Shown in pieces: positions 12,381 through 25,926 of a DNA stretch of 64,000 nucleotides; positions within the stretch are counted from its first letter, which is position 1, and the number at the start of each line of letters is the position of its first letter. This stretch comes from Raillietiella orientalis (Eukaryota). A program made the position numbers and the translations under genes. The stretch spans positions 3,162,001 through 3,226,000 of the forward strand of contig JAYWIR010000017.1 of the NCBI GenBank assembly GCA_036172245.1, in the 5' to 3' direction. The notes below the pieces were generated by a model that had not been told where the DNA came from, made no database searches, and saw only the letters and a program-made list of their open reading frames with translations.

Positions 12381-15300
12381 GGTAGCCTCGAACTGTGTTA
12401 AAATGCTGCGTAAGCTGCCGCCAGGGGCGTGACGGCTCCTGCACCCAGCGAACCCAAAAAAAAAACTGGAAGGAAAACAGCCAAGACAGAAAAAAAGGAT
12501 TTCTATTATCCCTTGACGGTTTGCTGCTCCGCTAAGCTGGGATGCCTGAGGAGCCGTAAAAAAGATTCTCATTGTTATCCCACTTTGGGATGGAACTGAC
12601 CATGCCGACATGCAAGAATCTCCGAATGCTGGGATCGAGTGAGTTCCACCTATCACTTTTGTGAGACAAATGGAACCTCTGATCCGAATTCCTCATATTT
12701 TTTTAGTCATGTTTCGTCACAAATTTTGCAGGTATCCCTTACAACATGGATCTGCCAATAAACAAAGGTTTCCAGGTTCCAGCCTTTGTTCCAGTTTCCA
12801 GGTTGTTGCATCTGCCGAAGCAAGCTGCGCAAAGCATCGTCCAGGTTTGTTAATGTGACGAAGGAATAAACTGGTAAGAAAAGAAATTTGGCACAAATTC
12901 GATGCTGCACATGAGTTCCGTAACACCACTGAGTCTCGGATGAAAGTTGCATCATCTGGATACGGCTGTGGTTTCATTCACGCCCTATTTTCGGCTTCCT
13001 TTCGAGGGAGAAAAAATTGCACCACCAATGCCCGAGATCATCACAAAGCAAGACAGGCTGAATTCGATGGGAGGTGGCTCACAGAGGGCACAAAAAGTCC
13101 AAGTGCAACCTTTCATCGCTGCAGGATTCCCCATTCTCTGGATGTGTGATGATTTTCCAGTGCCATTTTCAACCGCTGGGTTGCTCACGCGTTGGTTTCT
13201 CTCATACCTATTCTTAAAGGTGTGCTTATCCCTGATCATTTTCACATTTGGAGACTTGCGCCTTTCACTCTTTAAGAGCCATCTTGATGGAAGTCAGTGG
13301 ATGCAGATGCTTCCAATACTCAGAATCCACGAAAATGCATATCGCACGAGTGAGGTTTAAATTGCATCTCGCGACCATCCGACCAGTTCACGATGAAAAG
13401 TACGCTCTTGTAATGTGATACAGCGAGGCGGATTCCCCGATGCTGTTTATGCCAGCTGTAGCTGCTCCGAAAATTTTCAAAGCAAACATCACAACTTAAA
13501 AGTAAACCCAATTCTAAGCACTTCTTTTTTTTATTATTATTATTAAACTGATTATTTCCGAACCGGAAGCTGCACATCTGCAGGGATGGGTTTCATAAGC
13601 TCGTTATTCCATTGTCTGCCTACAACATTTTTGAGAAATATTGTAGACATAATAGCAGGAGCAGCTCACCCAGCTGGAGGCGTTTTTTTTTCTACCCTGC
13701 GATAACAGCAACCGATTTCCTGCATCACCGATCCCCGGGATTGGATGATCACGACCTATGTGCACATGTTCATCATCAAAATTCATGTTTCCTTCCCTCC
13801 GTCGGGTTGAATGATGGAGGAGGCAGGTTGCATGTTCCTTCCAGTAAGGTCTTCCGAGGCTTCTTAGAGATCCAATCCAATGATAAGCAGGAATGACTTT
13901 ATTAACTGACCAGTCATTGGAGCTGCGATGTGAAATCAACAGGGCAACATCCGGAGAGACTTCCCAGCCTAACGCTTCTGGAAATCAACCATTCAATGGT
14001 TCAGGGACATTGATCCATACGATGCTGTTTTCCTCTTCTATTTGATACATTCAAGACAATGTTTGTTTTATGGGAATAACTACTCTTATCTTGAATGCGT
14101 TTAGAGTCACCGGGATCGTAACATGATGTAGGCCCATTGAAAATGCCATCTTCCAGAAGTATAGGAATACCTTCATTACTAAGAGAGATGCTATCATCAG
14201 GTTCGAGTTCTTTCGATCTGTGAGTTGAGAACGTTACGTATCACCAGAGGTCAATCCAAAGCACAAGATGGCTTCAAGAGATATTCAGTGACGTTTAGCA
14301 AAGGAGCTCTTGAGGTATGAGTCTCCTGTTGCTTTGCTGAAGCCCTGATCTCTTTCCTGTCAATTTGCGGACCTTTGTTTGCCAGTTTTTCGTCTGCAAT
14401 TCTTGTAGATGTGATGAATTGCTAACGATGCATCACTGCTAGATGAGAATCTGTTCCGAGATTAGACGCAATCCCGTTCCTGTTCACTTACAAACTTATT
14501 TTCTTCAGGTTAAACATCGTCTTATGCTTTCAATCATCCCACCCTGATCTACACTGCGTCATTTTTAATAGGGCTTTTTGCCGGCGGCAAGCGTCCACAC
14601 GAATGTTCTAAGATTTCGATTCCTTGTCTTCGTTTCTCTCTTGTGATCTAATTGTGTCACAGCATCACTTTCATTTGTCAACTCATGCCCTGAAGCAATG
14701 TTGTGAATGAGAACGGACTTCTGGCAGTTGAATGGCAATTTGATTCGAGCATTTTGTTCACAAAGATTCCATGCATCTCCAGAGGACGCTGCCTGTAGTT
14801 GTGTGTTCTCCCCATCCGTCCAAGGCTATGTGGATATTCCTTGGACGGATACTCCTCCAGATTCCAGCAATGTATTCTCAGGAGATCATTTTCGAGTCCT
14901 GAAACGTTTTTTCGTTCTCTTGAAACAGCAAAGCTCCCTGAAATAAATTCTCACTTCTCGGGAACGCAGCTGACTTTCCTCTCAACTCGTGTGCTTTGAA
15001 TGGAAAGGGAGAAAAAGAGAAAGCGGTGGAAAAAAAAAAAAAAAAAAACTCGTTTCGAATTCCCGCCGGCATTTCAGGAAATTCTACACAAGCCCCAGGG
15101 AATACAAGCACAACCGGAACTCTTCAGAAATCTCCAACACACGAACTGGAAAGCTCTGAGCCAAAGGCACAACTCTAACTAAGGTCTCTCGGCTTTCTCG
15201 GCCATAAAAGCTTTGGTTCCTGGGATGGGCGGACGTCTTCTGTCCACCCCAGTAACTAAAACTTTCATCTTCCTTGGCATAGTTTGCGGACTTGCCAGCA

Positions 15301-16687
15301 GATGGTCTATTCTTCACTGGCACCACCTCAGCAGAAGTTCGCTTTCCACCGACCGAGAGACTTGACGTGCCCCTCGCTGAAGACTCAACAGATAGGGTGC
15401 TGTTGTCAAAGCTCTCCATCGGACGTTCCTCGTGCAAATGAGCTGTGCAACTTTTTGATATTGCAATCCCTTATTTCAGGGTCTAAATACGTCAACGGAC
15501 GATACACGATCGTATGTAAATCCCGGACAAGAGGGAAAAACTTCCTGCCAGTGAATGAGCTCATAATATGAATGAGTGTTGGAGCCACCAGAAGGGAGAC
15601 AGTGGAAGGAGTAACACCAATCAAAATCGGCAATTTTCTTCCACATAAGTGTTTCACGTCGGCAGGGTGACAGGCAAACTCGTTCTTTGCCTGTGGGATT
15701 CTCGGCTAGACGCAAACCCAGCGTTCGCGGCGTGGGGCACTGGAAGATCAGGAATCGCATGGTGCGACGCCGTGGATCCATTTCCTCCTGAGGTTGCCCG
15801 CCGTGGTCGTTCCTTCCTGTGGTTGCGAAGACTTTTAACGGCGAAGCTTCGATCTCATCCGTGGTGGACCACCTCGAGAAATCAAACTGACTAACATCTA
15901 TCGACACATCTCTGGATCGACGTCGAAGGTGAATTTAAGCTTGGCACTTATGAGAGCATTCGCTCTATCCGAACTCACTTTTGGAGGAGTGTCAACAGCC
16001 CGAGAATCCATGGGATTGCAGAAAATGAACTGAAGCGGTGGCGGATCGGCCGTCTCGCAGAGCCGTGTAATCTGACTGGTGACGTGGTCGATCCGGTCAG
16101 AAAAGTCATTGAAGAGAAGTGCTTGCGGGTGTTTCTTGGGGATAACCGCACTGATCTCGGTGTGAGTCTTCGTTTTCTCTTTTCGAGCTGAGACTTTCCT
16201 GGTCACGTGTGGATCCTCGGTCCTGCAGACCAGTTTCTCGGAATCCCCCTCGCGTACTTGTGGACTAGGATTTGCGCGATTGCGACAGAGATTCGAAATC
16301 CGTTTCCAGGACAACTGTCTCGCCCCCTCCCCTCCCGGAGGCATCCGGAAAAGGAGCTTCCGTGCACCCAGATCAGTTGCATTTTGCCAAAGCGACGAGC
16401 AGCCACGCCTCGCCTGCGAGGATCGCAAATGCTTGAAAAGAGCAGCACTGGCCTCGGTGCTGCTCTTTTATTTCGACCTCGGCGCAACAGTTAGGCGATC
16501 GCTCTGTGGGTTTCGTTTCCAGCTCCCGCTGGATACCCACTATCGAAGGACGCTTACAGAATAAGACCCATGGTACTTGACGGAGAATCTCTGAGCCTCT
16601 TGGGGAGCTTCCACTTTTAGAGAGGATGAAGGCCTTCCCACAGTCAGTGGAATGGGAAAACGACGTGCGCTTTTCCCTGTGGCTTTT

Positions 16688-16880
16688 TGCGCGCTCCTCT
16701 AACCTTCATGGATGGATCGCCTTGAAAAAGGAAACCAACTTCCCCCATCCCCTCCCTGACTCCTTCCTGTATCTGGCGCAGCGGCTTCACATCCACCTGG
16801 ATGCCCCGTGGACCGAAGCACCGATGATGGAGTCATACCGAAACGACCTCACCCTCATGGAGAGCACAGAGGTCTCGAAC
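16688..16880 (+). pseudogene. Orphan duplicate of one exon of the downstream EAR-repeat gene
   Basis: LAQRLHIHLDAPWTEAPMMESYRNDLTLMESTE versus LAQLFRIHMDVSWTEDPTVESYRNDLDLMESIE in the exon at ~19515-19718; the donor 'gag|gtctcgaac' is copied too. Confidence 0.85.
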
Positions 16881-17907
16881 GTGTTCTCTCCCGCTACATT
16901 TCGTCTTTCGGCTGGAAGGGGTGGAGATAGCGTTCTCATCCAGGTGCTCCGGCAGAAGCTGTTGGGAAGAAAGGGATGATTTGGATCTGGTGTCTCGAAG
17001 GGGATTCAGATGGGTTGACTTCACCTACTCCGAAAGCCTTCTCTTCTGTCCTGAAGAGAGATATTTGCCAGTCCGTCACACGACTGGGATACGCAACAAG
17101 TGGATGGGTGCATGAAAACGGAAGAACAGAGGAAAGAGTTGAGCAGCCCGCCCTAGGGAACGAAAGCAAATTCTCATTCCTTTTCCTTTTGTGTCCTCTC
17201 CCAGACATCCTCCCGTCGCCAGCCCCCCTCGTTCTCGCCTCCTTTCGTCATCTGGAATTTCCTCAAAGAGGTGCAAACACTTCAGGGGAAAAAAGTCTGA
17301 GTGTTTTCTCGAACTTCCTTTCTGAACCCCCCATTCTGAAAAGCAAGTGGTGATCGAAGGTGGGGGGAAACGCCTTCCTTTTCCAAGGAAATGACTCCTT
17401 TGCGCTGTGTGCCTAGGGAACGCTTCCGGTTCGGTTGTCGAACACGAAGGGCGCGCATGAGGGAGCGCGCCGCCATGTTCAGTGACAGCTTTCACGAACC
17501 CCACGAAATAAAGAATCCTCTTCACCATCCTGAGGACTTTCTCCAGTTGGACGAGCCCTAAATAAACAGAACGCCATTTTCTTCTTATTCTCCTTCTCAC
17601 TTCCCTGGGCGCCTCTATCGTTCTTTTCAAGCTAATTTCGAGAAATTTCGGCTTAACTCCAGCAGACCCACGTGTTCCAGGATGCAAACGGATCAAAGGG
17701 TCCACCTGATCTGGAAGACGATATAGTCGACGATCAGTAACAAAATTATGGCATCCGAATGCTCCGCACGGAACAATGCCTCCGCATGAACCCAAGATCC
17801 ACTTGTGCAGCTTGGATCCCTATTAAATGAGTACCTTTGAAATATCAGTTCTTTTTTCCCTCGCTGGGAACCGCCAGAGGCAAATAGCTGCCAGAAAGGA
17901 TGGGTGG

Positions 17908-17914
17908 TATAAAA
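17908..17914 (+). promoter_or_regulatory. Candidate TATA box of the EAR-repeat gene
   Basis: TATAAAA ~160 nt upstream of the ATG, with a plausible 5'-UTR intron ending 'ttccag' at 18060. Confidence 0.4.
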
Positions 17915-18068
17915 CGGCAGGAGAGGTGAGCGCAAGAGCTGGAGGTACACTTCTTGGTTGGCACGGAGCTTTCAAGTGTTTTTCGAAGGAAGTGCAAGGA
18001 AGAGATTCTTCCTGTGAGAGGATTCTAGTCATCCCGACTGCTACCTGTTGCTGATTCCAGCTGCAATC

Positions 18069-21000
18069 ATGAAAAGTCGCTGTGACTCCTTGAATTGGCT
18101 TTTTGCAGCTCTGCAGGCGGCAGTTTGTTTCGCAGACATGGTGAGTGCGTGACGTCAAGGGGGCGAAGCGGAAATTCTTGGCCGGAACCAAACCGCAGGC
18201 GGAGCGCTACAGCACAAGTATCGACGATTTCAGCATCCAGCTGGAGCAAGAAGCGCTGAATGTGCTTCAGCATACTGATCTGTCGATACATGGGTTCCCA
18301 GACACCCCTTGGCGTGGTTTCACTCCCGATGACGCCGACAGGCAAAGTAAGTTCATTCACGTTGGCCATGACGAGGGCGTCTTGTCCCCGTCAGATGGCA
18401 GGTTCAGTGCTATTGAGACCATGGACGTGTTCTATGCTTCCATGGGCGGTGGACCTTCTCAGTGGCTGTCTGTCCAAGCGTTTCAGAACCATTACGTTAT
18501 CGTATCGAGTGAGCTCGGCATCAGGGTATTCGTGGGCTGCAGAGAATCCCCCAGTGGACATATCTTCGTGGACCACAGTTAGGAGAGATCTGATTGCGGA
18601 CAGACGATCCTTGTTCCGTAGGACTGAAGAACACAGGATTCTTGTGGTTTGTTTCGGATGTCCTAAGAAACCAGTACTATCTGGTTTACGCTGTGCAAGA
18701 GACGAATCGTCACACCATCGTTTGGAATCTCTTCCTGGAAACGGGCAGCATGGTACGTTCGGGAAAAGGATTCTTCCCCCATACATATCCGTAGATAGAA
18801 CTGAATCGGATGGCCATCGCCAGCTTCATGGATCTGAAGATTTTTTCCGGACCCACTCTGCGAGTGATTGTCTGGGAGCAGTCCCTTACGGACGACAGCT
18901 ATCTCATCTCGACGCACAGGATCTCTTTCGAAGGTCAGAAGCTGTACTTGAGGTACACGGTCTCCCCTTTTCATGTCTTCGAATGCCTCTCTTCCGGTTT
19001 TCGTGCGCAGTGGATGTGGCTCCCTTCCCGTCGAGGAACCTTCCGACAGCCTGCCTCTGGAGATGGACGGCGTGCTGCACCTGGCGGTGGTGGAGAGAGA
19101 CCACGTCGCCGTCTGGGAGGAAAAACACTGCAACTTCACCGTCCGATTCCGCCTCTTCTGTCCCTGTGTTTCCACCCTGGAGTCCTTCAAGGACGGGTCG
19201 TTCTTCTACCTCGTCCTGGGTCACTGCAACGGGGTGCACCTCTACCGATGGACGGGGTGGGATTTTTTCCTGGTCCAGTCGATCGACGCCTACCCTGTCG
19301 AGCGAGTTCGCGCGGTCTCGTTCCACGGTTGCACGGACTTCGTCTTGCTGTTCGCGAGCGTGACGCACGGTGAACCCCGGATCTGGGGGATGCTGTCAGG
19401 ATCGACATCCTACTTGGTGGACCAGTCTCCAGCTTGCGACACGGGTACGATAGGAAGGCCTTTTCGTGGTCAGCTGGGAGGGGAAGACGCGCGTGCGTTT
19501 CCGCAGACGCTTCCTGCGTGCTCCTCTGGCAGCCTCGAACCTTCATGGATGGAAGCTGGATCGCCACGGAAGAGGAAACCTACTTTCTCCATCCACTACC
19601 TGACTCGAATCTGGCGCAGCTGTTTCGGATCCACATGGATGTCTCGTGGACCGAAGACCCGACGGTGGAGTCATACCGAAACGACCTCGACCTCATGGAA
19701 AGCATAGAGGTCTCGAACCCGCGTAGTGAATCGGGGAGCGGGAGGGAACCCACCCCTATTCCAGGAGGAGATCGCACACCTGACAGAGCTGCAGAGCAAA
19801 ATCGAGAACACGCTTGCTCACGCCATCTACCCGTTCGATGAGGCTGTGTTCCACGAAGACGTAGCAGTCAAAGAGATGACGGTGTTAGGATCGCTGCTTG
19901 TAAACCGCGTCGCGGTTGCGGAGGAAGAAATCCAGAAAACAAGCAGCAGATTCCGTGACTACGATCCAGAGTTTCTCGATTTTCTAGAACGGAAACTCAA
20001 TGACATGTGGCACTACTCAGAATTGCTCGAGCTGGAGCTGAATGACGTAGTCTTTCTTGGAGACCATTATGAGATGAGCTCCTTGATTGTGGTTGGAGGA
20101 CTCGAAGCGGCGAACGTTGAAGCAGGCGCCCTGTTCATCGACAAAGTTCAAGGGATCCCGGTTTCCTCGAGGTACCTCCGTAGCAAAATCGCTTTTTCAA
20201 GTCCTTGGTCTCACTGAGATCCATCAGTGGTGTGCTGCTCATCGACGCTGAATCGGATTTCATCGAAGGAGACTTGTTGCTGCAAGACTTGAAGGTTGCG
20301 TTCATAAACAACCGCCTAGTGGAGCATTTGGTTGTCGACAATCTGCCTCAGACGATCCACGGAAAGGTAGAATTCGTGAATCCCGTTGGATTCCATAGCA
20401 TAAAGCTCTCTGGAGGGAGCACATTTGGAGGTCTCCGCGTACCACAAGATATTGTTTTCCTGAATGACAGTTCCTTTATCAGAGGTCCGTAGAAGCAGAA
20501 GGAACTCTTGGCTAACAGTTTTAGTGATCCTTTCTTAGGAGAGATAGAATTTAAAAATCATGTGATAATTAAAGACTTGCTAGCTCCAGGGTCATTGAAT
20601 GGAGTGGATTTGATGGACCTTTCAAAGCACGTCCTAGTCAAATCGAAAGATCAAAGAATCGAATCAGTGAAGACGATTCATGGATCTATAAACATCGAAG
20701 GACAACTAAACGTAGAAGGAAAGATCAATGGAAGGAACTTCCGAGATCTTATCCGCAACACCCTGCGCAAAGATGTTCCCGGTAGCTTCCACAATCCTAT
20801 TGTGCTTCAAAAGGTATGGATGTTAGAATTCAAATGTCATTGTCCTTGAAACTGTTGTCAGGCAAAGTTCCTTAATTCACTGGAAATCATGGGAAAAGTA
20901 AATGGCTTGAAGATCCCAGATGATTTGTGGTATCAGTACTCAGGGGAGCAACACGTCTTCGGTAACAAATGAAGTGATACAATTAACAGACACTTGACTC

Positions 21001-24000
21001 CATTGCCATCAGGTAACTTTTCGTTTCTTGGCTCCGTAGCAACAGACGTTCTGCAAGTTGAGAGGATAGGTCTCCTTCCTGTTGAGCAATTTGTTCGACC
21101 GAGTGACGACGACAAAATAGATAGAGTAAACCTCCTTGGAGACATTCGCTTTGACATGGTAAGTGCTCTTCTTGCTACATCCTCACGATCTTCAAAATTC
21201 AAGCCTAACTTAATAACAGGAAGGGCGTGACAAAATCGTGGAACACGGAATTGTGATTTGTTTGTTTAATTTTTGTTTTCGTTTCCAAAGCCATCGGACC
21301 GAGTCAAAGCAGTTCGTGTTTCCAACGTGGAGTATCACGGCAGAGTGATATTCGCAAGGAATGTCATAGCATCACAGATCAATGGGGAGAACCTCAACAA
21401 ATTGGTAGATGACCTTGTTCTGGAAAATGTGAGGATATTTACGAGAAAAACTCGCAATGCAAAGATATGCAGGATCTGGAAATAGAAATAACCGGACCTA
21501 AGGTGATGCAGAAGCTGGTTGTAGGCGTGGGTTACATACATGGATCTCTCAACAACCAGTTGTTTCCAGAATTTCTCACGAACAATTCCCGACAGGTTGT
21601 GAAAGGTAAGCAGCATTCTTGTAAAAAAAAAGGCTTTTCTTACTTTGGTCATTCTCGGACAAATGGAGGCTTGAAATCGTGGCATGCCAGAGGGCGTTTC
21701 AACAGTATGCAAGTGTACGGGAAAATTGATGGTGTTGATTTGGATCTGTTCGTCAAGAACAGCGTTCGAATTGATGACGACGAGCGCACCTTCGAGTACT
21801 TGGACTTTGAAAGGAGTGTGGAAATCAATCAGTTGCACGTGACAGGATTTCTCGATGGACTCAGTTTTCACGAAGTACTTCTCAACTCTGGTGATCAGGT
21901 ATGCCGAACCTCGTCCTGACAAACTTTGTTTTTGTTCAAAAAAAAAAAAACCACAACAACTTCTAAAGACCATAACAGCACACGTAACCTTCAAGACGTC
22001 TGTGAATTTTGATGAACTCGAAGTACGAGGAAATACGTACCTTAGCAACAATAAGGTATCAGGACATACACTGAATGATATCTGGTCACGAAGGTTCACT
22101 TTGAACTCGGATCAAATATTTTATGCCCCATACGTCTTCTCCAATGTCACATTTGACCAACAAATGATAACTAAGGAGTTTCAAAGGAGCGAAAACAGTA
22201 TTTTCGCAGGAGCTAGCCAGGAACTCCCCATATGGTTTAATACAATCATAGTGAAAGGGAATGTCTGGACAACGAAAGGCATTGATGGGATAAAAATAGT
22301 TGATGTACTGAGGAATTCTATACCCCTGCATGGAAACGTTGTCATCGATAAAGAGTTCACGTTCGAGGAGGTAAAATTTTTCTTGCAACATTTGGGAGAG
22401 GTTGGACGGGGTGGGCGGAACGAAAGCCAGCGTAACTTTCTTTTTGGGAGCATACTAAATGAAAACAGTTTGTGCAAGTTTGTGGATGATGATTTTGGGT
22501 TTTTGGGTATTTAGACAATTTATGGAAAGGGATTTCTGATTTGCTTTTGGATGATTATACGAAAGTTTCATTAGGGTATAGCTTTCACCACACTGAATGT
22601 GAGAGGACGCGTTGGAAATATTGACTTAGAAGAAGTATATGAAGATGCGGTGTTTATAGACAAACCAAACATTTTAATTGAAGGTAGAACTTGGATTATG
22701 TACCAAAAGAAATCTTCTTTCAAGGGTTGAAATACGCACCTGTTATTACGGTTCGAGGTGACGTCCACATTTATGAGTACAACGATCATCAGTTTGCCTC
22801 ACTGCTGAAAGAAAATCAGGAGCAAACTCTCCATGGTATGTTTTTTTTCTCTAAGACCTTCACATTAGCTGAGACTAGAATGAATAATAAATGGAATCTA
22901 ATTACCCATACGAATGTAGGTGACTACTACGCTTCGCTTCTTCGCATACAAGGAGACCTCCACAATTTAGACACTTTAAGAAGCATCAGCCTGGCTTCGC
23001 TGTTCACTATGTACAACGAATTTCTCGAATCAACGATCCAATTAGATGGTTAAAAACAAATTTCAAACTGCTGTGTGAAACTTCAATTATCCCTAACTAG
23101 GTGGAGTCTTTCATGGAATGACTATTGGGGGAGATGTTGAAATTGCAGGATTAGTCAACGATTTTAACATCAACGAGATCCTGGGCGATGCAATTCCTTT
23201 ACATAATCCAGGTTTCTTGAAAGGATACAAGTCTTTCGAGACTGCGGTAAGTTTCAGAGATTATACTTCTCTCGATGATGCTTCTGCTAGGGCATAGCAA
23301 CTCATGGAGATGTTCCAATAATCAATGGGAGGTCATTCCACGGCTTTGTCGAAAGCTGTGTTCTGAACGGAGGAGATTACATTATAGCGGGAGAAAAAAC
23401 CTTTTCGGATTCTGTGGAAGCTCCAGCATTATTTACAGCCTATCTCGAAGTCTCTGGAACAGTCGATGGAACTGATTTCAGTGACCTCATTGCGAACGCA
23501 ATCGACCTCACTAGCCATCAACTAATAAGGAACAGCCAATACTTTCACTCAATTAGAGCTCTTGCCATTAATCCAAAACAGATGAATGGCGAACCGATTG
23601 AAAATTACTTCACAAAAGATATTCCTCAGATAATTGATGGAAATATATATTTTCACTCAATTCACCTGAAAGGTGACATGATTTTGGAAGGTACTATCAA
23701 TGAACACACTTTACTGCAAGTGGCTGAGGACACTTTGATGGTGAGTTCACACGCAAAGCTTCCAAATTTCTCTAAAAATCAGTTCCTCCGAAGAAATCCG
23801 GTAAACAGGAAATCCATGGGAAAAAGGTATTTGTAAATCCGATCAGCATAGAAGGCGATATGATCATCCAATCCGGTTCCATCAACAAAGTTCCTCTTTC
23901 TGACATCATCACTCTGGATACAGATCAAATGATTGACGGTAATACACCGAAAGCTTCGTTTCTGGAACTCAAAAACGGATTTCAGGGTCGAAATTCTTCC

Positions 24001-25926
24001 TGGAGGCTACTACGATACAACAGTTTGATTTGAAAGGGCTACTAAATAATTTAGATTTGGAAAGTATTCGCCACGAATACTTCTTGTCCGGCTCTCCGCA
24101 AACGATCAGAGCACCCATGATCTTTCACGACTGTGTTGTTCTTTTGGATGATTTGCTGGGGAGTGTGTTTATGAATGGTACCGACTTCAAGGAATTTTCC
24201 GAAACTGTGCTTCGCCTGGAAAGTCAAATACGCGACGATATCCTACGACTGCAGGTTGAACTAAAGTGACCTAACTTTTTACGATTAGCACAAGTAAACA
24301 GCACCAACAAAGAATACAATGCGAAAACATTCATAATCTCGTACGGCAATTAGCATCGTCCATCGATTTCGATCATTTTGTCACGTCAAGAAGATGGGAT
24401 TTCGAGAACCCTGGAAAGAGTGCGCATCTATTTGAAGTGAGTGCTTTCCTCACGGTGGCACATGTTGGGTGCAGTTCAGGGAGCTCCACATCGTGGTCTA
24501 CGAGCGCACCAATCAGGATACGTGTGGGAACTTACACGTATTGGGAACCTCCAGCAGAAATGAGAGGTCCTACGAACTTGGCAAGGATATTGTAAACTGG
24601 TCAGGAATCGAGCTGCCTGGCTACTACTTATTGGCCTCTGTGGGCCACAAGGGATTTTGCGAAACATCGCCGGATGAAGTGATCCTATGGAGATTTGATG
24701 GTCATGATCTGCAGGTACCACATTATTGCACACGCAAGATCTATTCAGCAGATATGGCATCAAATACCAATTCGGGCGTTACACACACATTTAATGCATT
24801 TCCAAGATGGTGTGTTATTGCTGATCAAAACAGAAGCCACAATATCAAGCTGGGCATTTAAAAGCAACCGTTGGACCAAAGTTGCTGCTCATGTTCCTTG
24901 CCAAGGTCGGGCTAACCTACCAGAGCCTTAATAACTTTCGACAGGTCAGAATGCTGCCTTCCTTTCCATCAGAGATTCAGTATTTGCGATCTGTTGGGTG
25001 AATGGAAGCTTGCAGCTGACTGATATCACTGGCAACTTGCTTTCCCATTGGTATCCTTATTTTTTCCCAGTTCACTGCTTAATAGCTTTCAAAATGGAAT
25101 CACAAGCATTCTTAGCAATAGCCACTGACAGAATAATTACTTCCACAAATAGAACAATGGGTTCCATCCATATTTTCAAAGTGGCTCTCAACAGAGAACT
25201 ACATCTGACCATGTACCAAGAGATACCCACTTGTGGAAAAGCAGAACTCCAGTTTCTAACATTGGGAAAAAGGCACTTTCTGCTTGTAGCAACACCATGT
25301 GCTGGAATACACGTGCTAGAATATAGAGGTAAGTTAGAAAAGTACAGGAATGTGAAGAATACCACGCTTGTGTAGGTTCCAGTGGTTTCCAGAAACTGCT
25401 GCAAGTGCCTACAACTTGTATGAGTCAGACTTTGGCAATCGTGACCCATGGACAAATCAAATTGTTAGTAGTTTGTCAAAAGTCAGTCATGCTGTTGGCG
25501 GGTTACGGAGTATCTGGTTACATGGATGATATTTGGTTGCACCCTACTTGTAATATTTTTGAGATTAAGCCATATGAGTATCCTTCTCTCATTCTGGATG
25601 CAGCAGCAAGCACACTGGAACATATTAATGCCTTAGAAAATGGCAATTCGCTTTTATCATTTCAAGAATTAATTGACTTTATTCCCAACACCAACATATT
25701 AAAGGCTGCTGGACTAGCACTTTTGAATGCAGCCAAGGAGCAAGCCAAGAAACTATCCCTGTTGAAAGAACACAGTCAACTAGAAGTTCACCTCCAATTA
25801 CAACAACTTATGAGAGCCACTGCCATATTTATTACGAGATTGCTCCAATCTCTGAAATATAGAATGCTTCTTTTTTATATCCATGTTAATGACAATCTCT
25901 GGAAGGGCCAGGGCAATTATTCTTAA
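18069..25926 (+). CDS. Large multi-exon secreted protein with N- and C-terminal EAR/EPTP repeats and central 'G.(I/V)NG.D/NL' repeats; Closca/Nasrat/Polehole-like
   Basis: Exon 1 (18069-18140) encodes signal-peptide-like MKSRCDSLNWLFAALQAAVCFADM; exon 2 starts at 18199. The 5' exons I traced join in frame across short GT-AG introns; the middle exons were not all traced. EAR-like motifs: VHLYRWTGWDFFLVQSI, ILWRFDGHDLQ, HVLEYRG|SSGFQKL. Repeats: GSLNGVDL, GKINGRNF, GKVNGLKIPDDL, GKIDGVDL, GTVDGTDF. The last exon starts at 25376; the stop position assumes no further intron. Confidence 0.8.

Noticed and set aside
15476..15907. 'SIDVSQFD' and 'LPSGGSNT' resembling RdRp motifs A and B
   Set aside because: Spacing of ~100 aa is long and no GDD-like motif C follows in any frame; probably coincidental.
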